The position numbers were made by a program, and so were the translations under genes. This document shows positions 22,605-36,825 of a DNA stretch of 64,000 bases, piece after piece (positions within the stretch are counted from its first letter, which is position 1; the number at the start of each line of letters is the position of its first letter). The notes under the pieces were generated by a model that was not told where the DNA came from, made no database searches, and saw only the letters and a program-made list of their open reading frames with translations. The DNA comes from Mobula hypostoma (taxonomy: Eukaryota), in contig NC_086097.1 in assembly GCF_963921235.1 (NCBI RefSeq), positions 74,092,001-74,156,000 of the forward strand. Direction: 5' to 3'.

Positions 22605-24265
22605 AAAGTAAAGTTCAAACTAAAATTTATTATCAGAGTACATACATGTCACCACATACAACCCTGAGATTCTTTTCCCTGTGGGCATACTCAGCAAGTC
22701 TATAGAATAGTAACTGTAAACAGGATCAATGAAAGATCAAGAGCATAGAAAACAACAAACTCTACAAATGCAAACATAAATGGCAATAAACAGTGAGAGC
22801 ATAAAATAACGAGATAAAGAGTCCTTAAAGTGAGATTATTGGTTCTGGGAACATCAATGGATGAGTGTTTGTTCAAAAGCCTGAAGGTAGCAGCTGTTTT
22901 TGAACCTAGTGGTGCGACTCCTGAGGTACTTGTACCTTCTACCTGATGGCAGCAGCGAGAAAAGAGTATGGCCTAAGTGATGTGGACCTTTGATGATGGA
23001 TGTTGCTTTCCTACTGTAGCGTTTCATGTAAATGTGCTCCATGGTTGGGGAGAGTTTTACTCATCATGTACTGGGCCGAATCCACTACCTTTTGTAGAAC
23101 TTGCCATTCAAAGTCATTGGTGTTCCCATACCAGGCAGTAGCATGCTTTCCACTACACATCTATAGAAGTTTGTCAGGGTGTTTGATATCATGCTGGATT
23201 TCTGTAGGCTCCTCAGGAAGTAGAGATGCTGTTGTGCTTTCTTTGCAGTTACGTTTATATGACGGGTCTACGACAGGTCCTCTGAGATAGTGACACCCAG
23301 GAATTTAAAGTTACCGACCCTCTCCACCTCTGATCCTCTGGGGAGGACTGGTTCATGGACCTCTGTCTTTTTTCCTTCTCCTTAAGTCTACAATCAGCTC
23401 CTTGGTCTTGCTGACATTGAGTGAGAGGTTGTTGTTATGATATCACTCAGCCAGATTTTTAATCACCCTGATTTGTCACCACCTTTGATACGGCCCATAA
23501 TAGTGGTATCATCAGTAAAGTTAAATATGGTGTTGGAGCTGTACAGTACTTAGCCACACAGTCAAGTAGAGCAGGGGCTAAGAACTTGGGTTGATAGAGG
23601 TTGCGCAGGAGATGATTTTGCCAATCCAAATTGACTGGGGTCTGCAAGTGAGGAAATCTAGAATCCAACTGCACAGTTGGGTATTGAGCCCCAGGTCTTG
23701 GAGTTTACTGATTAGTTTTGAGGGGATAATGGTATTAAATGCTGAGCTGTAATTGATAAAGAGCATCTTGATGCACGCATCTTTGCTCTCCAGATGTTCC
23801 AGGGTTGTGTGAAGAACCAATAAGATGGCATCTGCAGCGGACCTGTTGCTCCAGTAGGCAAATTGGAGTGGATCCAAGTCGCCACTCAGACAGGAGCTGA
23901 TATGCTTCAACACCAGTCTCTCAAAACTTTTCATCACTAACCACTAGGTGACAGTAATTGAGGCAGGTTACCATGCTCTTCTTAGGCACTGGTACGATGA
24001 AGTCTGCTTGAAGCACACACTCTCAAAGCGATAGGCTGAAGATATCCTTGAACACATCAGCCAGTTGGTTAAACAGGTATGTTTTCCTTGGACTCACCCT
24101 CTTGAAGACAGCCCATACGTCACCTTCAGATACTGAGACCAAAGGATCATTGGGAGATGTGAGTTACGTGATGGTTTCTCCATGTTCTGGTGGTCAAAGC
24201 GAGCATAGAAGGCAATAAGCTCATTTGGAAGTGAAGCTCTGCTGTCCCCATGTCACTAGATTTAA
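22605..24265 (-). mobile_element. Older, diverged Rex1/Babar-clade LINE fragment
   Basis: ORF 23578..23937 reads MKSFERLVL..LDPLQFAY..YSSAFNTIIP..WILDFLTCRPQ. ORF 22854..23042 reads HTLFSLLPSGRRY..TTRFKNS. Confidence 0.85.
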
Positions 24266-25049
24266 CCACTGTTAAACATCGCAACCACTGTTAAGAAAAG
24301 TGAAAAGTAAACTGGAGAAAGACATTGATAATATTGACATAAAATATAAATAATCTTGAAAATTGGAAAGAATATAGAAATGTGTAAAGTTTAGCTTAGG
24401 ATTGGATGAAGGAGAAAGCAAAATATTAGGATTAGAAATTGAGCTGAAAAACTATTTTTAAAGCTAAGTGCCATATAAAATTAAATTAGCAACAGTGAAT
24501 GTGGTCCCTTACAGGAAAAGACAGTAACATTTTAACTGGATGATGAAAATAGAGGAAAACTAAATGTATACTTTCTATCTGCCAAAATGACAGAAAACAC
24601 AAAAATCATTTTGGAAAGAGTGGGGGAATCAGTAACAAAGCCTAAAGCAGCTGTTGCGCCTACACCACCAACACAAACTTCTCTCGTACCTGCTTCAGTG
24701 GGTATCACAGTAGCTGCTTCCACCTCAATGGGAACTCCAGCTTCAGCTTCATTTCCAACCTTAATTACAGATTCAATTTCAGCTTCAAATCAAGTTTTCA
24801 CTCCTAACCCAGCTCCCAATTTTCCCCATGTTGCATCTGATTTGTTTCCTTGAAAGTTTTGATCAGCTGCAGGAAGACTTGTGCAGGCTCCTTGAAACTT
24901 TGCAGTTATTTTTAAAATATCAATTAAGTATCTTTAAACTGAAGAGTGTGATTATATAATAGCTCTATTTATTAACTGAATTGATTATTCAAGTTTCAAA
25001 ATGTGAAGTTAATGAGTTTTGCAAAAAGTTTATTGATCCCTTACCATTT

Positions 25050-26575
25050 ATTATATCCTGTATGTTCTACCCTTTTTTTGACTCTCATCAGCTCACATTG
25101 TTGGGATTAAATTCCATCTGCCAAAGCTCTGCCCGACTTTCCGTCTGATCAACAGCATATTCTGCCAGTAACCTAGACAACCTTCAAGTTCAAGTTCAAT
25201 TGTCATTCAAGCATACAAGAATACAGTCAAATGAAACATCGTTCCTCCAGGGCCAAGGTGCAAAACACAGTGTCCGCAGTCAAACAAAACACAAGGCACT
25301 TATAAGCACATATACTGTAACCTTCTTCACTGTTCTCAACATCACCAGTTTTTGTCATCTGCAAATTTAATAAACATTCTTCCCACACTCGTGAGAGTTA
25401 TTTTTATATATATAGAAAGATATTCTAGCACTAATCCTAACAGTACATCACCAGACACAGATGTCCAAGCAACTGTTCATTACTACCCTCTGCATCCTAT
25501 CACCAAGTCAATTTTGGAACCAATTACCCATTTTGCTTGGGTTCTGTGTAACTCAACTTCTGGACCGACCTATTGCCCTGCCTTCAATTTTCTTGGATAT
25601 CTTCAATTAAATGAGTTAGAAAGGATTTCTCTAGCACAAATCCATACTGACTATTCCTGATCAGCCCCTGCCTTTCCAAATACACATAAATCTTATGCTT
25701 CAAGATTGACTTCAATAATTTTAGGAAGGCTTATGAGTATATAGTTACCCAGTTGCAAAAAAAAATTGCCATCTTCCAGTCTTCTGGCACCTTGCCTGTG
25801 GCTAACAAAAATGCAATAATCTCTGTCAGCTACCTTCTCCTTTGCGTCTCATAGCAATCTGGAATAGATATAATAAAAACCTCGGAATTTATCAATCTTT
25901 ATGCACCTCATGATATCTAATACCTCTTCAATACTGACGTGCTCCAGGTCATCCATGTACCATGTCCTCTTACATGTCATTGGTGAATACAGATGAGAAG
26001 TATTCATTTAGGCATTTAGGACCTCGTTTGCATCACCTGGCTCCATACACAGATTATTCTATTGGTTCCTCATAGAACCCGCTCTCTCCCTAGCTAACCT
26101 CCTGTTGTTGATATACTTACAAGATGTCCTGGACTCTCCTTGACCCTACTTGCCACGGATATTTCATGACTGCCTGGGACTATATATGCTGTAATTCAGA
26201 AGAATGAGAGGGGATTTTATAAACATAAAATGATGAAAAGGGCAGATAAGGTAGAGGTAGGAAAGTTGTTTCCACCGGTAAGTGAGACAAAAAATAGAGG
26301 ACATAGCATCAAGATTCAGGGGAATAGATTTTGGACAGAGATGAGGAGAAATTGATTTTTCCAGAGAACAGAGAATCTGTGTGATTTTCTGGGAAAGCAG
26401 TAGAGGCTACCTCTTTAAATATATTTAAGACACAGTGAGATAAATTTTTGCATAGCAGGGAACTAAGGGTTATGGGGAAAAGGTAAGTAGGTGGAGATGA
26501 GTCCACAGCCAGATCAGCCATGATCACATTACAGCAGAACTGACAGGTCAAATGGCCAACTCCTGCTTATGTTAT
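25050..26575. mobile_element. Cluster of degenerate CR1 fragments (minus about 25050-26170, plus 3' end about 26195-26575)
   Basis: CR1-like text (ttttgtcatctgcaaattt, cagaagaatgagaggggat, aaatggccaactcctgct). Confidence 0.6.
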
Positions 26576-28049
26576 TAAGAAACTCTTCAGAGTGATTAAT
26601 GTTAAGTGTTTAGTATTTGTACAGTATTAATATGATAACACTTGGAATTAAAACACAAAAAAGCAAAGTGTTTTCACAGTATGTATTTGGAAACTTCAAA
26701 GGCTCTGTAGGGACAGTGCTTCCATAGGTTTTTTCCTCCCACAGATCACGGTCTTCACAGATTGAAAGATGTCAAGTACATCTCTGTCATTCATCAAAGT
26801 AGAGACAGTATAAAAAGGAACTGACATTGGACTGAAGGAAAATACTGAAACCTATTATTATTGACTTGGTACCAGAGCACTTAGAAAACTAAAGCATGAC
26901 TGGGGAAAGTCATGAAGATTTATGAAAGATCAACGGTGCTTACAAAACCTGATGGAACATTTTCAAACCACAACAGAGTGAGTAGGAAAAACTGGACCAC
27001 AAAAGGGATGAGTAAGATGTCTTGCAAGACAAATTTTGGGCAATTTGAGACTGAGCATTATACTTACTCATAGCGGGATTTAGTAAGAGATTGTAAACTG
27101 AGAATAGAAACAAAAAGGCAGTCCCCACTTATTTGCACCTTTGTGTTTCCACATCATTCAACTCACTCTGCTCTTTTGCCTTCAACTCCTCTCTCTCTGT
27201 GAATACATTTGACAATAATCCTGAGCACAATATGGTCTCTAGCTCTTGGTTACAAACATAATCCAGCCCCAGGTTCCTGATCCCAGCCATGTTCTGACTC
27301 TTGAATGCAAACCTCACTCCATTCCCAGCGGAGCTCCATCTGCACATTTGGCTTTTTTACATTTGTGACTCCCTGCCATGGTTACCGTGGCCACACTTAA
27401 ACCTCACAATTAGGAACGCTGTTATAATGCACATCCCTGTTGCTCCTTACAAAGCATATTGACTCACACTGAAGTGCATGAGACTGCTTATTTCATCAGT
27501 CCATGTTCTCCTGACATGTGTGGCTGCTTTCCTCAACACTGCCAAGTTTTGCATCAACTACAAACTTCAAAATTGTTCTCTGAATATCTTGGTGGATGTT
27601 TCTCATTAACCTATGCATCTCTAAGTGAGTAAACCTACAAATTATTTTGGGTTGAAATTCCATTCCATCTTTACATTATCAGATTTTCTGTGACTCTATA
27701 ACACTCAGCATTCTGTTAGCCACACCAAGAGTTACTAATGGAATATCAATCACTTCACCCAATGAACACACAACTTCTCTTGGCAGCATCACGTTTCAGA
27801 ACACTTTGACCTTGTCTGGGCCCTCAATCTGACACTATCCTTTAGGATAGTCACCTTAAAACACATGCTTTTTTCCCCAAGTAGAAAAGACTTTCAGCTT
27901 CAACAACAGTATAAAATATTCAACTACATTTGCAGCCACAGAGGACCTCAAGCCGTATATTTTAAATAAATTAATTGGGTCCAGATCAATATCAGAAAGG
28001 AACCAATTCAAATGCTCAAACTAAGGAGGCTTCACGAATAGAGTATTAC

Positions 28050-28390
28050 AGAACTGCAGCAGTTAGTGCTGCTGCCTCATAGCTTCATAGACCTTGGTCC
28101 AATGCTGGTATGTCTGTGCAGAGTCTCCACTTTTCATCAGCAACCGCATGATTATCTCCAAAAGCTCTACTTTCCTCTCCATCACAAAAGTGTGCTGAGA
28201 GATTAATTGGCTACTAAATATCACTTTCTGCTGTAAATTAATTGCAAAAGAATCAAAATGAATCTGAGAGAGAGCATAAATTGCAGGGTACAGAGGAATA
28301 AGGAGATGGGAAATTAGTTCAATGAGATTGATCCCTGAGAGCTGGCACAGATTAGGGACTGAATTGCCTTCTTCTGCACCATTACAAGCA
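28050..28390 (+). mobile_element. Old tRNA-derived V-SINE-like element
   Basis: gcagttagtgctgctgcctcatagct...gtctgtgcagagtctccac...ttaattggctactaaa resembles the copy at 61060. Confidence 0.5.
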
Positions 28391-30300
28391 TAAGATAGTA
28401 TGTCTGATTATCCACACTCTTACAGGATGTTGAATTCTTTTTCTGTTATAAACAAGAATCATTACACCAACTGCATCTCACTCTTGCTGAACCCTTGAAG
28501 CTCAGTATTCCCTCCATTGCACAATCTTTATCGGATTTTAAAACTGATCTTACTCTTACTGAACTATGACTACTTGATTTATTTTGCTCTCCTATCCTTA
28601 TTTGCAAACTTGATGAAAACCTGTGTTAAAGACCTTTGCTCTTCCCCTAGATTCCCAGTTACAGTTAGTCTATGGTTTAGGAAACAAATGTAGCAATGGA
28701 GAGTGTTCTATGCACTTCAACCTACACTAAGCGTACCAGGCTTTAGTTCTGCAACTGGCACTTTCACCATTTCATCCACCCCCAGAATAGTGAAACTTCT
28801 AATGTTGTTACGGGAAAATTAATGCTTTAATTATTTTTTCAAGACATTTCATGTGTATTTGCAGAAGAGACAGTACTGTAATACTGTTCCCCTATATTTA
28901 TGATTTGTTTAAAGTGCAGTTTGCCACAAGTTCTAAGTCAATCCAGTCAATTTAATAATAGTGATTTAAATTGTGCAGCAAAATTGAACTCTATACAGTT
29001 AAAACTGGCTACAATTCAACAGTTTATCACTAACCACATCTTAAATAGCCTTTGAAATAGAAGTCAAGGACTATTATCTGATTCACCCGGAAAACACCAC
29101 AAGCCACAAGTAATAATAATAAAATTAGTAATACTAAGAAATTTTACAGAAACATTTGACTAATCCAATAAATGAAAACCTGCAAATAAAGGTGACAAGA
29201 AATATGCCTAATCAATTGAAATTTCTGCTTTTTGAGAAAGGTTTAAATTCTATTATTGTAATTAAAAGGGCCAATTATTGTCCCTAACTTTTTCAAAATT
29301 TTCAGTTGACATTTGGATTTTCCCCCCAAGAAATTACATGTATTGTCACAGGCCAGATGTGATTCCTTTGTTTAAGAAAAGTGAACAGACTAAGTAGAGC
29401 CCTTGTTCCACAGAATCCTACAGTGCACCCATTCAATTTACTTGGTCTTTTGTAAAATCATTCAATTAATTTCTCTCCCATATTCTTTCCTCCAAGCCCT
29501 GCTAATGTTTTTTCCACTATACATACTGTATAATTCTGCTTCAAAAACTGATCTCGGCAATACTGTAGCCAGTACAGGATATATAAAGATATCCTCAGCC
29601 ATCACTGAATGGTCCTTTTGCTGATTGGATTAAATCTCCACTCAATGATCACTGAGTTTTATCAGGATCTGTGTTTCCTTATTTACTCTCAATAAATACT
29701 TACAGTCATAAAAATGATATATTTCAGAATTTTGAACTCTTCTAAATCATTCCTTAACTATTACTGCTGTGAAAAGAACAATTCCGGATACTCTGACTTC
29801 CCTCCACAAAGGTAAGGACCTTCATTGCTATTACCACTCAAGTTCATTTCCTCTGCACCGCCTTTAGGCTCTGATATCATTCCAGAAGTGTGAGGCTCAG
29901 AAATGGGAATAGGTTCTCTGAACACAACTGGACAGTCGAAACTGTGAATTGCTGTGTGCATTGGTTCCTCACTGGGCAAAGGAGTAAGAGACTGTCTTAC
30001 CTTGAGTTGCAGAACAGGTAGGGAGAATGAAGAGTGGTGGATTACCTGTTGATATCACATTGGACATCATAATATCACTGATAAGATCAAGTTCCAGAAT
30101 TATATAATAATAGAAACCTGACCAGTTCACTGTATACACAGGCATGAAGTGGGAAGGCAAAAATATATTCAGGAACCTTGGAGGGGAGGGTTGGAACTGG
30201 TACAGTAGTTGATAAGAGAAAGGAGAGTAGATGTCTTTAAGGAGAAGGGTGTCGATATCAAATCTGAAGCTATAAGCCTTGCATCTGAAGGAACTAGAAA

Positions 30301-30598
30301 GCCATATAGGCATCCGTTAGTCTCGTGAGACCATGGATTTGTGCCTTGGAAGGTTTCCAGGGCGCAGGCCTGGGCAAGCTTGTATGGAAGACTGGCAGTT
30401 GCCATGCTGCAAGTCTCCCCTCTCCATGTCACCAATGTTGTCCAAGGGAAGGGCACTAGGGCCGATACAGCTTGGCATCGGTGCCGTCGCACAGCAATGT
30501 GTGGTTAAGTGCCTTGCTCAAGGACACAACACGCTGCCTCAGCTGAGGCTCGAACTAGCGACCTTCAGATCACTAGACCAATGCCTTAACCACTTGGC
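30301..30598 (-). mobile_element. tRNA-head SINE with a CORE-like central motif
   Basis: Minus strand shows an A-box-like gccaagtggttaagg and a B-box-like agttcgagcc, followed by gtgtccttgagcaaggcacttaacc. CpGs are retained, suggesting a young copy. Confidence 0.75.
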
Positions 30599-30599
30599 T

Positions 30600-31920
30600 G
30601 ACAGATGGAATGTCTTTCTGCCCCACCTGGGTAAAGGAGATAGGAAAGACTTTGAAGGTATTTCTCAAAAATCAAAAGGTGTTGGTGTAATATGATCTAG
30701 ATGACCTATGATATGATCTATAAATTGACCTACAGTAGTGTACAGATGAGGTAATGAGCCCCACTGTGATCACTGACTTACTATGGAAAGTCAGCATGGC
30801 TTTTTGTGGAGAAGGTTCTGTCTCTCAAACTTGAGTGAATTTTTGAACAAGTGATGAAGATGTCTGATGATGATATTAATATGGAACTAGGCAAAGCCTG
30901 CAACAAAGTGCCTCATGTTAAGTTGATCCAGAAGATTAACTCGTATTGAATCTATAATGAATTGATAAACTTGAAACAAAATTCGCTGGGGTATAGAAAG
31001 CAGAGTAGCAGTGCAGGGGAGATTCTCTAATTGTACTGTGGGTCTGTGACCAATACTGTTCCACAAGAACAAGTGCTGGGATCATGTAGGTGATCTGATT
31101 AAGTCTGTAGATAACACAAACACTGGTGGAGTTGTGGAAAGTGAGGAAGGTTATCAAAGAATACAATGCGATATAGATCAACTAGAAATTTGGGAGGAGA
31201 AATAGCAAATGAAGCTTAATCCACACAAATATAAGATGATGTATCTTGGCAAGAGGAAATTATCCAGTAAATAATGGGATCTTGGGTACAAATGCATAGT
31301 TCCCTGAAGAGGCAACATAAGCAAATAAGAGCAGTTAAAAGAAAAGACAAAGGACATACCTTTCATTGGTCAAAACTCAGAATAAAAGTCAGGAGGTCAT
31401 GTTGTAGTTGTATAAAACTTTAGCTAGGCACATTTGGAGTATTGTGTGCAATTCTGGTTGCCAACTACAGGAAAGATGTAGAGACTTTGTAGAGAATGCA
31501 GTAGATATTCACAAGGACGTTGCATGGATCACAATGTTCTTGGAAGAGGCAGGTTAAACTTGTTTTTTTTTCTGGAGCATCAGAGATTAATAGGCAGGTG
31601 AGCTGATCAATTATAAAATTATGACGGGGTGTACAAAGGGCGGATGATTAGTCTTTTTCCCCAGGATGAAAATGTCAAAGACCAGAGGACAAAGATAAGA
31701 GGGAGAAAGTTTAAAGGAGAGTTACAAAGCGCATTTTTGTTTTACAGAGAAACATACCGCCAGGGTATATGGGAGAAGCAAATAACATAACAAAATTTAG
31801 TCTTTGGCAGGCAGGGAATCGACAAATTCAGATCATGTACAGGCATTTGGAATTGGTAAGATTCACCTCATGGTTGGTGCAGACAAGGTGGGCTAAAGAG
31901 CCTGTTCCTGTGCTACACAC
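30600..31920 (+). mobile_element. Degenerate CR1 RT to 3' end
   Basis: Contains gtcagcatggcttttt, catttggagtattgtgtgcaattctggttgcc (HLEYCVQFWLP) and the 3' end gagcctgttcctgtgct. Confidence 0.7.
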
Positions 31921-31934
31921 ACAAAGTGCCTAGC

Positions 31935-32655
31935 ACTTAGAATCAGAATCAGATTTACTGTATTATCACCGGCATGTGTCCTGAAATGTGTTAACTTAGC
32001 ACCAGCAGTTCAATATAATACATGAAAATACCGAAAGAAAAAATAAGTAAATCAATGACTATAAATATATATATACATATGTATATATTAAATAGTTAGA
32101 TTAAAAATTGTGCAAAACAGAAATAATAGATAAAAAAAGTGAGGTAGTGTTCAAGGGTTCAATGTCCATTTAAGAATCAGATGGCAGAGGGGAAGAAGTT
32201 GTTCCTGAATTCCTAGGTGTGTGCATTCAGGCTTTTGTACCTTCTTCCTAATAGTGACAATGAGAAGAGGGCATGTCCTGGGTGATGGGAGTTCTTAATA
32301 ATAGATGCCGCCTTTCTGAGGCACCGCTTCTTGAAGATGTCTTGGATGCTACAGAGGCTAATACCCACGATGGAGCTGACTAATTTTACAACTTTTTGTA
32401 GCTTCTTTCAGTTTCTTCGTCTTACCCTTCCTGAAGTCCACAATCAGCTCCCTCGTCTTACTGATATTGAGTGCAAGGTTGTTGCAGCAGCACCACTCAA
32501 CTAGTTGGTATATCTTGCTCTTGTATGCCCTCTCATCTCCATTGGGGATTCTACCAACAATTGTTGTGCCATTAGCAAATTTAGAGATGACATTTGAGCT
32601 ATAACTAACCACACAGTCAAGGGTATAGAGAGAGTAAAACAGTGGGCTAAGCACA
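31935..32655 (-). mobile_element. Rex1/Babar-clade LINE 3' fragment
   Basis: Translates to LSPLFYSLYTLDC..KFANGTTIVG..LNISKTRELIVDFRK, with an (ATTCTG)n-type tail at about 31940. Confidence 0.75.
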
Positions 32656-32659
32656 CACT

Positions 32660-32895
32660 GGCAAGTCAGGCAGCATCTATGGAGGAGAATGAATAGTTGA
32701 TGTTTCTGGCCCAGACTCTTCATCAAGACTGGAAAGGGAAGTGATAGAAACCAAATAAGAAGGCAGGAGAGGGGAAGGAGTACAAGCTGGCAGATCACCT
32801 CACCTGGTCTCACCAATCATCTGCCAGCTTATACTCCTCCCACTCCCTCCAGCTGCTTATTCTGGCTTCTAGCTCCCTTCCTGCCCAGTCTTTAT
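32660..32895. mobile_element. Penelope pLTR fragments in inverted arrangement
   Basis: Minus-strand degenerate cagtcTTGATGAagagtctgggccaGAAACatc. Local inversion tacaagctggcagat...atctgccagcttata. Confidence 0.6.
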
Positions 32896-33608
32896 CTCCT
32901 TAATTATTATTAAATGCAAACTTGAATGGTTGTAGCATACATCTACAAACGTACTTCAGCAAGACCACTTGGAACAAAGAGCAGCACAGCACAGCAGCAG
33001 CAAATCATAAACTCAAAATGATGCCAATGCAATAAAATCAGAAACCTAAACACACACTTGCCTTGTAAATATATTTAATTATCCAGTAAGGAATAAATAT
33101 CAAGGGCAATCTACTTTCTTCTATAAGGTTAAACACTATCAGTGGATTAGGCTAGATTTACTCTTGAGATTTTCCCCTATCCAGACTACCCTATATGCAG
33201 CATGGCACTTTTGACCAAGTCATTTATCTCATGGCCCTGGCTTGATTGTTCTATCCCTGATTCTTCAAAATTCTTTGCTACTTACAACACTCCAGAAGAT
33301 ATTACACTTCCCATCACCCTTACCACAGTGCTCATCATCCTCAGTGTTGTTAACCCCTTTTTCAGTTGCCACCATTGGATTCTACCTTCCAATTTTTAAA
33401 TTTTTTCCAAATACCTCCACCTAGATTTTCACCACCACGGCTCAACTTTGCCTCTTTGCTCACATGGTCATTTCAGTCTACTATGAATCCATCATCCCAT
33501 ACAACCTCAACTCCATGCCAATATCTTTCTGCCTTCACTTTATTTTTATTTAGATACTGCAGGTCACAGACTCTTCTGGCCCAACAAGCTTGCATCATCC
33601 AGTTACAC

Positions 33609-35281
33609 ACATCAAAGTTGCTGGTGAACGCAGCAGGTCAGGCAGCATCTCTAGGAAGAGGTACAGTCGACGTTTCAGGCCGAGACCCTTTGTCAGGACT
33701 AACTGAAGGAAGAGTTAGTAAGAGATTTGAAAGTGGGAGGGGGAGGGGGAGGGGGAGATCCAAAATGATAGGAGAAGACAGGAGGGGGAGGGATGGAGCC
33801 AAGAGCTGGACAGGCGATTGGCAAAGGGGATATGAGAGGATCATGGGACAGGAGGCCCGGGGAGAAAGTCAAGGTGGGGGGGAACCCAGAGGATGGGCAA
33901 GGGGTATAGTCAGAGGGACAGAGGGAGAAAAAGGAGAGTGAGAGAAAGAATGCGTGTATAAAAATAAATAACAGATGGGGTACGAGGGGGAGGTGGGGCA
34001 CTAGTGGAAGTTAGAGAAGTCAATGTTCATGCCATCAGGTTGGAGGCTACCCAGACGGAATATAAGGTGTTGTTCCTCCAACCTGTGTGTGGCTTCATCT
34101 TTACAGTAGAAGAGGCCATGGATAGGCATGTCAGAATGGGAATGGGATGTGGAACTAAAATGTGTGGCTACTGGGAGATCCTGCTTTCTCTGGCGGACAC
34201 AGCGTAGGTGTTCAGCAAAGCGGTCTCCCAGTCTGCGTTGGGTCTCACCAATATATAGAAGGCCACATCGGGAGCACCGGATGCAGTATATCACCCCAGC
34301 CGACTCACAGGTGAAGTGTCGCCTCACCTGGAAGGACTGTCTGGGGCCCTGAATGGTGGTAAGGGAGGAAGTGTAAGGGCATGTGTAGCACTTGTTCCGC
34401 TTACAAAGATAAGTGCCAGGAGGGAGATCAGTGGGGAGGGATGGGGGGGGACGAATGGACAAGGGAGCGCGTAGGGAGCGATCCCTGCAGAAAGCGGGGG
34501 GGGAGGGAAAGATGTACTTAGTGGTTGGATCCCGTTGGAGGTGGCGGAAGTTACGGAGAATAATATGTTGGACCCAGAGACTGGTGGGGTGGTAGGTGAG
34601 GACCAGGGGAACCCTATTCCTAGTGGGGTGGCGGGAGGATGGAGTGAGAGCAGATGTGCGTGAAATGGGGGAGATGAGTTTGAGAGCAGCGTTGATGGTG
34701 GAGGAAGGCAAGCCCCTTTCTTTAAAAAAGGAGGACATCTCCCTCGTCCTGGAATGAAAATATTAAGAGTAAGGACTAATTCCGCTAGACGGAGCAGAGT
34801 GGTGGTACAGGGGAACTGATTAGGTCTGGAATCCAAAAAGAAGCGTAGAGCTTTGACACCTTCCTGATGGGGGATGGAAGTATATAGGGACTGGACATCC
34901 ATGGTGAAAATAAAGTGGTGGGGGCCAGGGAACTTAAAATCATCGAAAAGTTTAAGAGCATGAGAAGTGTCACGAACATAGGTAGGAAGGGATTGAACAA
35001 GGGGGGATAAAACTGTGTCGAGGTATGCAGAAACGAGTTCGGTGGGGCAGGAGCAAGCTGAGACAATAGATCCACCAGGACAGGCAGGTTTGTGGATCTT
35101 GGGTAGGAGGTAGAAACAGGAAGTGCGAGGTGTGGGAACTATAAGGTTGGTAGCAGTGGATGGGAGATCCCCTGAGCGGATAAAGTCGTTGATGGTGTGG
35201 CAGACAATGGCCTGGTGCTCCTTAGTGGGGTCACGATCGAGGGGTAAATAAGAGGAGGTATCCACGAGTTGTTGCTGTGCC
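33609..35281 (-). mobile_element. Penelope-like retroelement (RT with internal deletion, GIY-YIG endonuclease, pLTR)
   Basis: ORF 34324..35265 reads FYLLPKIHK..TMDVQSLYTSIP. ORF 34001..34738 reads CKRNKCYTC..GVIYCIRCSRCGLLYIGETQRRLGDRFAEH. Flanked by a 14-bp TSD TCATCCAGTTACAC (33595-33608 and 35282-35295). Confidence 0.92.
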
Positions 35282-35480
35282 TCATCCAGTTACACCCATA
35301 TGACCAATTAACTAACGAACCCATACACCACTGTAATGTGGGAGGAAACCAGAGCACCTGAAGGAAACTACAGAGTCACAGGAAGAACATACAAACTCCT
35401 TACAGACAGCGGCAAAATTTAAACTGGACTTCTGGCACTGTAATAGTCTTACACTAACAGTTACTCTATTGTGCTGCCCC
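35282..35480 (-). mobile_element. V-SINE/HE1-like SINE, target of the Penelope insertion (3' remainder at about 33545-33608)
   Basis: gtgggaggaaaccagagcacc...acaaactccttacagacagc is the reverse complement of the V-domain text seen at 61130-61210. Confidence 0.7.
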
Positions 35481-36825
35481 TTTAAAATGCACTTTCAAAC
35501 TCCTTCCCATTTTTCACTGAGTAATGTGCTTCAGTAAACAATGTCCTCTCCTCCACTTTTGATTCATGCCTCAATCTAAACATTAATTTTCTTCCTTCAT
35601 GGTTACTGTCCTGAGGAGCTCAGGTATGAGTGAACTTGCCTCATAATTTTTACCTCCAATAACTAAATTTGGCTGGACCATATGCACCATCTTTAAACGT
35701 CACTGATAAAATAATCACTACCTACCCAAATACAAATAAAAATGAATGCTAATTTCTTTTCTGCCACACCTTACCTGAACATGAAGGAAGGTAAGCTGCT
35801 AAATGTGCAAAGCTATTACTGAAAAGGAAGGAAACTTACAATATAAAAATAACTAATGTGTTTTTCACACATAGATAACAATAAAAATGATACTTTTGAA
35901 CACTGATTTGTCTCTTGGATCTTGTTGATTATTAACTGCCAAACATAATATTTCTATCTCTTCTCCATGAATCTTTTTTTAAACAGGTAAGATTGAAATC
36001 ATACACTCAGCTCTTTTTACCATTACAGATGACTCAACAGACCATGAATTGAGCTTCCATATCTTTTCCATCACAAAGAACAACTACATTCAGATTCCTA
36101 AGAGAGCTCTGCCTCATCTCCCTCAGTCCAATGCTCAGAATTCCTCAATGAGGCCATTGTTTTCTAGAAACAACTATTCCATTGGTTTTATGGCTTTCCA
36201 ACCTCCACTGCCTGCAAATTCCAGCTCATCCAGAACACTGTTCTCTGTATCCTCTTCTCTTTCATGTTTCCACCCATGGGGCTTGTTGTCTTTCATTGGC
36301 TTCTGATTCTGTCCCTCAAATTTGGCATATAGTGATAATCCCAGTCAGATTGTGAAAATACTTGGATAATTCCCATCTATCTAGCTTGATAACTGCATTG
36401 TTCTGTGAGTAGAGAATGTGCATAACATACTTATTATGATCCTCTACTCATTATATTTTAAGGGAAATTACTTGGGAGAGTTGATTTTAAATCTGCTTCC
36501 TCTGTCATGATGGAAACTCTAGCTTCTGAGGAAACTGCAACAGAGACATTTTAGTGTGAGACATAAGCTCCAAATAAACCAAAAAAACTACCTTTGTATT
36601 AAATTCTTGCATAATCTACAGTCTTGCAAAGTTCCTTCACCAAACTCTCAGTTCTTCTCATCCTTCCAGAAATGGTTGTACTTTCAGTAGCCATGTCCTG
36701 AAGATTTATTGTCTTACTTCATTACTATCTCCACTTTGATCTTGCCCCATTTAAAATGAGCTTTTAAACGTATTTCTTTGTCCAATCTCCAATAATCTCA
36801 TGCTTTGGCTCTGCACTGAATTCGG

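Noticed and set aside
29761..29979. 72-aa minus-strand ORF in unique sequence
   Set aside because: No recognisable homology or splice and start context. The length is compatible with chance.
30520..30598. tRNA gene
   Set aside because: The tRNA-like head continues into a SINE body and does not form a complete cloverleaf by eye.
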